Below, in pieces: positions 40,328-48,611 of a DNA stretch of 64,000 nucleotides. The DNA is from Candidatus Velthaea sp. (lineage in GTDB: Bacteria; Vulcanimicrobiota; Vulcanimicrobiia; Vulcanimicrobiales; Vulcanimicrobiaceae), in NCBI GenBank assembly GCA_965214935.1, contig CBDCCS010000004.1, forward strand, positions 1 to 64,000, given 5' to 3'. How positions within the stretch are numbered: position 1 is the stretch's first letter; every line of letters begins with the position of its first letter. The notes under the pieces were generated by a model that was given only the letters and a program-made list of their open reading frames with translations, did not search any database and was not told the origin of the DNA. The position numbers and the translations under genes were made by a program.

Positions 40328-40632
40328 TCGTTCCGCCGGCACGGCCCGCGAGCGCGATGCGAACGAGCGCAACGCCGCGGGCAACCGGTACCGGCGGCGG
40401 AGATGCCGACAACGCCGGTGCGGTTGCATCACTCGACGCTCGGCTAACGGCACTCACTGCCCGGACGCCGACCCCGGATGACGAGGCGCTCGAACAACAA
40501 CACGAACGCTTTGACTTTATCGCGCGCGTTCAAGCGGAACTCGAACGCGAGACCAATGCCTTGCGCGACCTTGCAATGGAGCAGATCAAACAAGACGACG
40601 AATTGCTCAAAAAGTGGATCGAACTGATTTAG
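40324..40632 (+). CDS. Small protein, paralogue of the upstream gene
   Basis: TTGA overlap with the previous stop; C-terminal RETNALRDLAMEQIKQDDE. Confidence 0.78.
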   Translation: MIVPPARPASAMRTSATPRATGTGGGDADNAGAVASLDARLTALTARTPTPDDEALEQQHERFDFIARVQAELERETNALRDLAMEQIKQDDELLKKWIELI

Positions 40633-40720
40633 CGTTCTGGGCCGGTCGACGGCGGTATCAATTTCGACCGCCGGCCGTGCTTCCGATGAACAGCGGGCAG
40701 GGCGCGACGCGCCGTCTGCG

Positions 40721-40749
40721 TTGACAAGGGGACGACGCATGTCTACTAT
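40721..40749 (+). promoter_or_regulatory. Sigma70 promoter of tRNA-Ile
   Basis: TTGACA-N17-TACTAT, ending 23 nt before the tRNA. Confidence 0.75.
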
Positions 40750-40771
40750 AACGCATTGTCGCGGTACGTAC

Positions 40772-40845
40772 GGGCCATTAGCTCAGCTGGTTAGAGCGCA
40801 TGCTTGATAAGCATGAGGTCCCTGGTTCGATCCCAGGATGGCCCA
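40772..40845 (+). tRNA. tRNA-Ile(GAT), CCA not encoded
   Basis: GGGCCAT/ATGGCCC acceptor stem; CATGC-TTGATAA-GCATG anticodon arm; GGTTCGA T-loop. Confidence 0.96.
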
Positions 40846-41199
40846 CGAAAGCCGACGCAGCACTTCGCGCCGGCGGCGCGACAACCGGCAAGCACGATGC
40901 AAATTAACGTGCCGTTTGTCGTACGTAAGGTCCTGCGACGTACAAGCGGAAAGATCGTAGCTGCTACTACCGCTACTACTTGTTCGCTACGGTTAGATAG
41001 CGGCCGTTGCCTAGCCGAGCGGATTCGCTCGATCGGCACTGAGAAAACGGAATGAAGGGCATCCTAGCCGAGCAGTGCCGATTGGCCAACGTACGCGTTT
41101 TACCACGCTGGCCCGCCGCTAAGGGCGGTACAAGGAACATGCACGCCGGCCGACTGCAAACGAAATTGCTTCCACAAGTCGGCCAAAAGTGCAGCGTCG

Positions 41200-41826
41200 C
41201 TATGCTAAACCACGCATCGCCTTCCACACGCTATACAGTGGCGAATTCGGTCCCGGATTAAGATTTTCCAACACATCGGCGGCGACTTCTTGGTCGATCT
41301 CATCGAGCTTCTTGAGTTCGGCGTTTGCCATCGCCATCGTGTTGCGGAAATCATCGCCTTTCGCAGTTCCGAGATGTTTCTGCAACTCGGCAATTCGGGC
41401 GGAAACGGCCTTGGTGCGCTCCTCGCGAACCGGACCCTCTTCGCGGCGGTACGACTTCACGAATTCATCGAGCGCTGCAATCGATAAGCCGGCTTTCGCA
41501 CCGGGCGATTCATCAACGGTTTTACGCCCCTGCCGGCGCAGAATGCCGCTTCCACGCGGGGCGCGGTTCGGAATCGGCTCGAGGACATCTTTGGTTACAA
41601 GCAGCTTGACCGTACCGGGCTTGCCGAAGCGGCCCGGTGTTTGACCTTGGCGCTGAGCAATGTTTTTCTTTTTATCGGTTAACTCAGAAAGCTTTGATTC
41701 AAGCATTTCTTTGGTTACCGGAACCGGCTTTTTATTGGCTTCGGCTGCAAAGAGCCTCATTGCAAGATCGTAGGCAGTTTGAGTGACTTTAATTTTGTTC
41801 GGAATCTGACCGTTGCTTACCGCCAT
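41200..41826 (-). CDS. Lys-rich orphan protein in a lower-GC stretch
   Basis: 208-aa ORF with AT-richer codons at the 5' end; no recognised motif. Confidence 0.65.
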   Translation of the reverse strand: MAVSNGQIPNKIKVTQTAYDLAMRLFAAEANKKPVPVTKEMLESKLSELTDKKKNIAQRQGQTPGRFGKPGTVKLLVTKDVLEPIPNRAPRGSGILRRQGRKTVDESPGAKAGLSIAALDEFVKSYRREEGPVREERTKAVSARIAELQKHLGTAKGDDFRNTMAMANAELKKLDEIDQEVAADVLENLNPGPNSPLYSVWKAMRGLA

Positions 41827-42087
41827 AGATGAAACCCCTAATCGCGATGCCTTTTAAAGATCTTTCTACAGGTGCGCGGTTGCAAATAGCAATTCCTGGA
41901 TATCGCCTGACGATCGGTTTTTCTGCGCTAACATTAAATGTGCGCTAAAGCTGGCCGAGCCGGATTGCAACAAGTACTCAAGGCATGTCGTCGACAGCGC
42001 CGTTACAATAGCTTTACGCCACTTGCATAGCATTAACGCATAGCCGTTTAATAGCCGATACGGCGGAAAGATCGTTTGCAAACGCCG

Positions 42088-44136
42088 TCACGTCGCGATT
42101 TCAAGAACGCGTACCAGGAAAGCGTACCGGTCGGCGACTTCGGCAATAACCTTCGCCGTCGGCTTACCCGCGCCGTGCCCGGCTTTCGATTCGATGCGAA
42201 TCAGGATCGGAGCGGTACCGCTTTGCACGGCTTGAAGCCGAGCAGCGAATTTGAAACTATGACCCGGAAACACCCGGTCGTCGTGGTCTCCGGTCGTTAT
42301 CAGCGTGGCTGGATAGGCAACACCGGCATGGAGATTGTGCAGCGGCGAGTATGCCAACAAGTAGCGAAAGTCGGCAACGTCGTCCGAACAACCGTAATCG
42401 GCTGACCAGGCCCAACCGATGGTGAATCGTTGAAAGCGCAGCATGTCCATCACACCGACGGCCGGCAATGCGGCTGCGAACAGATCCGGTCGCTGCGCGA
42501 GCACCGCGGCGACAAGCAATCCGCCATTGCTGCCGCCCATAATTGCCAGCTTAGCCGTGCGCGTAAATCGCTCTGCGATTAAATATTGACCGGCGGCGAT
42601 GAAGTCATCAAAGACGTTTTGTTTACGCTCCTTTGTGCCGGCTGCGTGCCATGCCTCACCATACTCACCGCCCCCGCGCAGATTCGCAACGGCATAGATA
42701 CCGCCCATTTCGAGCCAAACCAGCGTGGCCGGCGAAAACGCCGGCGTCAGCGAGATGTTGAAGCCGCCGTAACCATAGAGAATTGCCGGTGCCGACCCGT
42801 CACGTACAAGCCCGCGCTTGTACGTAACGATCAAGGGAACGCGCGTTCCATCTTTGCTGGTACAAAAATATTGCTCGCTTACATAAAGTGCGGGATCGAA
42901 ATCAACAGCCGGTGTGAAGACGGCCGCACTGTCGCCCGAAGCCAGAACATAGCGATACACGGTAGCCGGCTGCGTATAGCTCGTAAAATTAAAGAACATC
43001 TCGCGATCGAGCCGTCTACCGGTGAAACCGCCCGCCGTGCCGAAACCGGGCAACGCTAATTCACCGACGCGTTCCCCTTTGAGTGTCATGATGGACACAG
43101 CAGAACGCGCGTCGGTCAGGTAATGGACGAAAAAACAATCGCCGAACAGTGCGACGCTGTCGAGGACATCGCTTGTCTCGGGCAGGAGTTCGCGTCGCAA
43201 TCCGTTCCGAGCATCGATTGATATCACGCGACCCAACGGCGCATCAAACGTCGTTTGAAAGTATAAGCAATCACCATCATTGCCGATAAAGTCATAGTGT
43301 CCGTCCGCGTCGGGCAACAGCTCGATGACATCGGCTTGACACGAGATGTCGCGCACGAACACGCGATTCTTCGGATCGGTACCTTGCGTGACCTGAATGA
43401 TGAGCCAGCGTCCGTCTTCGGAAACCAGCGGCGCAATGTTCCAATCTTTATGATCGGGCCTCTCGTAGACGAGCACGTCATCCATTTGACTCGTGCCGAG
43501 CGCATGAAAAAACAATTTATGGTTGAAATTCGTATCTTTGAAACGGCCTTCGCCCGGCTCGTCGTAACGGCTATAATAAAAGCCGGATCCGTCAATGCGC
43601 CATGCGGCACCTGAGAATTTGCTCCACCGCACGACGTCGGGCAAATCGAGGCGCGTTGCAACGTCGCGCACGCGCCATTCAAGCCAGTCCGAACCCGAAG
43701 CGGCGAGCGCATAAGCTAAATACCTGCCGTCGTGACTGAAGGCAAGGCCTGACAGCGCGATCGTTCCATCGCTTGACAAGACGTTTGGATCGAGCAACGT
43801 TGTAGCGCTTTGCAAGTCGGGCCCGGCTAATAACACGGACTGATTCTGCAGTCCGGTGTTTCTAAAGAATACGTAGTTATCACCCTCGCGCGAGGGTGTT
43901 GAATACCGTTCGTAATTCCAAACATGCTCGAGGCGGTCACGGATAGCTGTGCGCCGGTCGACCGTCGTAAGGAATGATTCGGTGAGTGCGTTTTGCGCTG
44001 CGATCCAAGCGACCGTCTCGCGTGCGTCGACGTTTTCGAGCCAGCGGTACGGGTCGGCGATTGCATGTCCGTGATAATCTTCGACGACATCGCCACACGG
44101 AGTCGGAGGATAAGCTTGCAGCGTTTCGGGCATCAT
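42088..44136 (-). CDS. Prolyl oligopeptidase (S9A)
   Basis: DPYRWLE, GYGGFN, RGGGEYG..WH, GGSNGG, DHDDRV, AGHG. Confidence 0.95.
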   Translation of the reverse strand: MMPETLQAYPPTPCGDVVEDYHGHAIADPYRWLENVDARETVAWIAAQNALTESFLTTVDRRTAIRDRLEHVWNYERYSTPSREGDNYVFFRNTGLQNQSVLLAGPDLQSATTLLDPNVLSSDGTIALSGLAFSHDGRYLAYALAASGSDWLEWRVRDVATRLDLPDVVRWSKFSGAAWRIDGSGFYYSRYDEPGEGRFKDTNFNHKLFFHALGTSQMDDVLVYERPDHKDWNIAPLVSEDGRWLIIQVTQGTDPKNRVFVRDISCQADVIELLPDADGHYDFIGNDGDCLYFQTTFDAPLGRVISIDARNGLRRELLPETSDVLDSVALFGDCFFVHYLTDARSAVSIMTLKGERVGELALPGFGTAGGFTGRRLDREMFFNFTSYTQPATVYRYVLASGDSAAVFTPAVDFDPALYVSEQYFCTSKDGTRVPLIVTYKRGLVRDGSAPAILYGYGGFNISLTPAFSPATLVWLEMGGIYAVANLRGGGEYGEAWHAAGTKERKQNVFDDFIAAGQYLIAERFTRTAKLAIMGGSNGGLLVAAVLAQRPDLFAAALPAVGVMDMLRFQRFTIGWAWSADYGCSDDVADFRYLLAYSPLHNLHAGVAYPATLITTGDHDDRVFPGHSFKFAARLQAVQSGTAPILIRIESKAGHGAGKPTAKVIAEVADRYAFLVRVLEIAT

Positions 44137-44330
44137 GCTTTTCGCTTCTTCAAAGCGGTTCGCGCCTCCGTCGTTACACGTGCAAGGCTGCGGCTCGATG
44201 AACGCAAACGTGCATCGGCGGGCTGTTGACGGTCGGCTGCCGATACGAGGCTCGCTTTACAATGATGCAGTACGGAACCGTGCAAACAGGTGGATTCCGC
44301 TGCGGCACTCGCGAAGTGATCGCCTCGCGC

Positions 44331-44403
44331 GGGGACGTAGCTCAGTTGGTAGAGCGCCTGCTTTGCAAGCAGGATGTCAGGAGTTCGAATCTCCTCGTCT
44401 CCA
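44331..44403 (+). tRNA. tRNA-Ala(TGC), CCA not encoded
   Basis: GGGGACG/CGTCTCC acceptor with G3:U70; CCTGC-TTTGCAA-GCAGG anticodon arm. Confidence 0.96.
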
Positions 44404-45004
44404 CATTTGATTGCGGGAAGCAGAACGTCGGTTCGAATCTCATCAGAGCGGATCTGCTTTTTCGAAGCTCGTAATTTGCGGCAATCGGCCTATCTATTGC
44501 CTCAGGCAGAGTCGGCTCTAAGCCTACCGCAGCAACGCGACGAGCAGCCCGGGCGATAAGCGGTCGAAGAACCGGCTCCGGTCCTTCATGTTGCGGTGTC
44601 GCCGAAACGCTTGTGGCCGAGCCGGAAGCCCAACGCTCGATCCGGGGGGCTCGAACATGAGGCGGAGCACGCGTGCCTGTTTTGCCGATCTTCTGCCCGA
44701 TTCGTGCAAGCGCTCCGGCCGTCGCATCCTTGTTGCCCCCGCCGCAGTCGCGTCTGTTGCGCGAGCTGCTCGAGCCGACAGCCACCTGCGGCTTCACACT
44801 TCGTCTTTGCAACCGGCTTTGCCAGGCGATGTCTGCCGATGAGGCAGCGGCGTATGTGCCGCACATCCTCGAGCAAGCCTACATCCGTCACTGCGAGCCG
44901 CTGTAGCGACTCATCGAGGCCGGAACGGCGGATCTCGGCTGGGGTTTGGCGATCGGTGATAACCTGTCCGTTACCTGCGCTGAGTTCTCCCATCCATCAC
45001 AGTA

Positions 45005-45054
45005 GGCTAAAGCGAACGTTCGAGTGCCGGGCTAAAGCGAACGTTCGAGTGCCG
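45005..45054 (+). repeat. Perfect 25-bp tandem duplication
   Basis: GGCTAAAGCGAACGTTCGAGTGCCG occurs twice in tandem. Confidence 0.95.
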
Positions 45055-45340
45055 GTTCGCACAAAGGTGATACCGTCGGTTTCCGGCGCCGAGGATCCCG
45101 CAACGCCGGCGAGTTCAGGCCGCGAGGCGCTGCGCTATCTTCCCCACGCTCGGCAATTATCGTGCAGCACGCTTGCCATGAATCGAATTTGCATGCCGGA
45201 CGCCGTTCTCGTCAGCTTCGTAAAGACGCGTCAATTCGCATAACGTCAATGCGAGTTGCGCGGCGCTGAACCGGCGTCCGCCATTCATGCACTCTATGAC
45301 AGGCTTCGAAAACGTCGAGCCGCCAGCCGGACCTGCAACA

Positions 45341-45553
45341 TTAGGTCGGGCGGGAGTCAAGGTGCGATAGCGGTAACGTTCTTGCGCCGACTGATTCAAT
45401 TGCAACGATGTGCTCGAGCGCAAAATAGTGCGAGGATGCCTCATCGGCATGCAGCGCGGCACGCAGTTCCTCGGTATGCGCTTGAACGAGCCGCGTTGCA
45501 GTTTCGTCGTCGCCCGCATCGAATGATAGGCTAAACGTGGCGATGTATTCCAA
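45341..45553 (-). CDS. Small hypothetical protein (70 aa)
   Basis: GGAAGG SD before TTG; LEYIATFSLSFDAGDDETATRLV. Confidence 0.5.
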   Translation of the reverse strand: MEYIATFSLSFDAGDDETATRLVQAHTEELRAALHADEASSHYFALEHIVAIESVGARTLPLSHLDSRPT

Positions 45554-45703
45554 GACTACCTTCCGTCCGTTCCGCTTACAATTTCGCATTTTGTTCGCAA
45601 TGTCGTGCGTCCGGCCTGTAGGACGGTCACCGATTGCGATGACCGCCGGCTAGCCGCCGCGCCGCCGCAAACAATAATTGCGATCGGCCGAAAGTCTATC
45701 TAT

Positions 45704-47545
45704 TTAGCGGCCCGACCCAACCTCGAGCGACGCAGACGGGCTGACGGCCGCATTGTGACAACGACTACGCACCGTCGATTTCGCGTGATTTAAATTTAAA
45801 GCGCTATTGATGAGCCCGACATGCGAAAAAGCTTGCGGAAAATTTCCGACGAAGCGCTCTGCTTGCGGATCGAACTCTTCGGATAGCAGACCGACATCAT
45901 TGCAAAGACGGATCAAGCGTTCGAAAAACGCCTGGCCTTCAGCCCGCCGGCCCGCTAACACGTACGCATCGACAAGCCAGAAACTGCAGGCTAAGAACGC
46001 CCCTTCACCGGGCGGTAATCCGTCGACATTCGTTGCCCGTTCTTCCGTGTAACGGTAGACGAAACCATCGCGCAGCAACGTCTGCTCGATCGCGGTAACC
46101 GTCCCGGTAACCCGGTCGTCGCCGGGCGGCAGAAAGCCGACGAGCGGAATGAGCAGGCAGCTGGCATCGAGCGACGCCGAGCCGTACGCTTGCGTGAAGG
46201 TCCGGCGCGCCGAATCAAAGGCGTTCGTACAGACATCGTGGTGAATGGCGTCGCGCGTTTCGCGCCAACTTGCAACCGGTCCCTCGAGTCCAAATTCTTC
46301 AACGGCTTTGACCGCGCGGTCGAGTGCGACCCAAGCCATCACTTTAGAGTGCGTAAAGTGTTGCAGCGGCCCGCGAACTTCCCACAGACCGCGATCCGGC
46401 TCGCGCCACCGTCGCTCGACTTCACGAACCATCGCGCAAAAGAGCGCCCAATCGTTAGCGGTTGATTCGAGCCCGTGCCGGCGAGCCGTATACAAAAGAT
46501 CGACCACTTCGCCATAAACGTCAAGCTGGAATTGACCGTCGGCGGCGTTTCCCGAACGTACCGGTTTTGCACCTTCGTAACCGCCGAGCCACGGCAGTTC
46601 GATCTCCGGTAAGCGCCGGTTCCCGCGGATGTCGTACACGATCTGTAAGTCGCTCGGCGCACCCGCGACTGCGCGCAACAGCCAATTTCGCCACGCTTGC
46701 GCGTCGCTTTCGAAGCCGGCATTGAGCAGCACGTTGAGCGTGAAGGTCGCGTCGCGTAGCCAGCAGTACCGGTAGTCCCAATTACGCACGCCGCCCAGCT
46801 GTTCGGGCAACGACGATGTCGGCGCAGCAACGATCCCGCCGGTCGGCTCGTACGTCAGCGCATTGAGGGTAATGAGCGATCGCAAAACAAGTTTGCGATA
46901 CTTCCCATCGTAGGTGCACTGCTTGGACCACGCGCGCCACGACGCAGCTGTTTTATCGATCGCATCGTGTTTCGCGCGTGGCTCCGGCTGTGCTTCGTAC
47001 GACGGGTAATGCGTGAGGTCGAACCTGACATCGGCGCCGGCTTCGATGGTGAAATCGGCGATCGTCACGAGATTCTCGGAACGCAGTTCGACATCGCTTG
47101 CGAGAAATAAGCCGTCGCTGCCGGCAATCGCCAACAGTCCGCCTTCGACACGCTGCACCCACGGAACGATCGACCCGTAATCAAAGCGCACGATGTATTC
47201 GAGATGCATTTCCACCCGGCCGCGGATCCCCGTTATGCGCCGTATGATGCGCGGCCGGTCGCGTTCTAAAACCATGGCGTCGGTCACGCACACGGAGCCG
47301 CCGGCGGTCGTAAAGGTCGTGTCGAGGATGAGCGTACCGGCCTTGTACTCGCGCTTGACGCCGATAACGGCTTCGCTGGGCGCAATTTGCCAGTGACCGT
47401 TCGCCGCATCTCCAACAATCGCGGCGAACACCGCCGGGCCGTCGAAGCGCGGCAGGCACAGCCAGTCGATCGATCCGTTGTTCCCTACCAGCGCTGCTGA
47501 ATGCCGATCGCCGATGAGTGCATAATCCTCGATCCGCAGCGCCAT
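45704..47545 (-). CDS. Glycoside hydrolase family 15 (trehalase/glucoamylase-like)
   Basis: IEDYALIGD, RNWDYRYCWLRD, GLWEVRG, EGAFLACSFW, GLLSEE, GNFPQAFSH. Confidence 0.94.
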   Translation of the reverse strand: MALRIEDYALIGDRHSAALVGNNGSIDWLCLPRFDGPAVFAAIVGDAANGHWQIAPSEAVIGVKREYKAGTLILDTTFTTAGGSVCVTDAMVLERDRPRIIRRITGIRGRVEMHLEYIVRFDYGSIVPWVQRVEGGLLAIAGSDGLFLASDVELRSENLVTIADFTIEAGADVRFDLTHYPSYEAQPEPRAKHDAIDKTAASWRAWSKQCTYDGKYRKLVLRSLITLNALTYEPTGGIVAAPTSSLPEQLGGVRNWDYRYCWLRDATFTLNVLLNAGFESDAQAWRNWLLRAVAGAPSDLQIVYDIRGNRRLPEIELPWLGGYEGAKPVRSGNAADGQFQLDVYGEVVDLLYTARRHGLESTANDWALFCAMVREVERRWREPDRGLWEVRGPLQHFTHSKVMAWVALDRAVKAVEEFGLEGPVASWRETRDAIHHDVCTNAFDSARRTFTQAYGSASLDASCLLIPLVGFLPPGDDRVTGTVTAIEQTLLRDGFVYRYTEERATNVDGLPPGEGAFLACSFWLVDAYVLAGRRAEGQAFFERLIRLCNDVGLLSEEFDPQAERFVGNFPQAFSHVGLINSALNLNHAKSTVRSRCHNAAVSPSASLEVGSGR

Positions 47546-47655
47546 CCGCCAGGTCCTACCCAAAGGAGCACCGCCTTAGTCGCCACCTCATGCGGCCGCC
47601 AAGTTGCGAGCAGCGGCGGTAGGGGACGCAGCAACGTGCAAGGCAGAGCACGACC

Positions 47656-48462
47656 ATGGCAGATCGACAATTGCAAGGCCAAACGGCGATCGTAACGGGC
47701 GCGAATTCGGGGATCGGCTACGCCTGTGCCGACGCGCTCGCTCGATGCGGTGCCGCCGTCGCGATCAACTACCACCGCCATGCCGAAAATGCCGTCAACC
47801 TCGCGGCCGCAATCGGCGCGCGCGGTGGACGTGCAATCGCCGTCGACGGCGACGTTTCGAATGAAGCGGACGTCGAGCGAATCTTCGCGACCACGTTGGA
47901 CGCGTTCGGTTCGGTCGACATTTTGATCAACAACGCGGGATTGCAAAAGGACGCGGCGTTCGTCGATATGACGCTCGAAGATTGGAATGCGACGCTGGAC
48001 ATCGATCTCACCGGCGCATTCTTGTGCAGCCGTGCCGCCGCGCGCATCTTTCTTCGTCAAGGCGTCCGCGCCGGCGGCTCCCGCGCTGCGGGTAAAATCA
48101 TCTTCATCAGCTCGGTTCACGAGCGTATACCATGGGCCGGCCACGCCAATTACACGGCGGCCAAAGGCGGCATCAAGATGCTGATGCAAACGTTGGCCCA
48201 GGAACTCGCCGCAGAGCGCATCCGCGTCAATGCCATCGCGCCCGGGGCGATTAAAACGTCGATCAACGAAAAGGTTTGGGGCGATCCGCAAGCGGCGCAC
48301 GAGCTCCTCAAGCTCATTCCATACGGTCGAATCGGCGACGTTGAAGACGTAGCCGCAGCCGTTGTATGGCTTGCGTCGGACCTAGCGGATTATATTACCG
48401 GAACGACGCTCTTTGTCGACGGCGGAATGGCGCTCTATCCCGGATTCGAAAGAAACGGCTGA
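47656..48462 (+). CDS. SDR oxidoreductase, glucose 1-dehydrogenase-like
   Basis: TGANSGIG, NNAGLQ, SSVHE.IPW, YTAAKGG, IPYGRIG, VDGGM.LYP. Confidence 0.9.
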   Translation: MADRQLQGQTAIVTGANSGIGYACADALARCGAAVAINYHRHAENAVNLAAAIGARGGRAIAVDGDVSNEADVERIFATTLDAFGSVDILINNAGLQKDAAFVDMTLEDWNATLDIDLTGAFLCSRAAARIFLRQGVRAGGSRAAGKIIFISSVHERIPWAGHANYTAAKGGIKMLMQTLAQELAAERIRVNAIAPGAIKTSINEKVWGDPQAAHELLKLIPYGRIGDVEDVAAAVVWLASDLADYITGTTLFVDGGMALYPGFERNG

Positions 48463-48556
48463 ACGCGTCAGCCGACCTAGACCTAGGCGACGTGCGACCG
48501 GCTTCACCGCTCGAGCGTTCGTCGGATTCGTGCAACCGTAGTACGAACAGAAGAGA

Positions 48557-48578
48557 GGCGCAGACATGCATCTGCGCC
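48557..48578. terminator. Hairpin between convergent genes
   Basis: GGCGCAGA-CATGCA-TCTGCGCC. Confidence 0.45.
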
Positions 48579-48611
48579 CCTGGTTTCGGGTTCGTCCGAA
48601 GGACTTAGAGC

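Noticed and set aside
45005..45054. CRISPR array
   Set aside because: Only two abutting copies, with no spacers and no cas genes.
44460..45300. Short ORFs downstream of tRNA-Ala(TGC)
   Set aside because: Conflicting frames on both strands, none recognisable; possibly degraded coding DNA.
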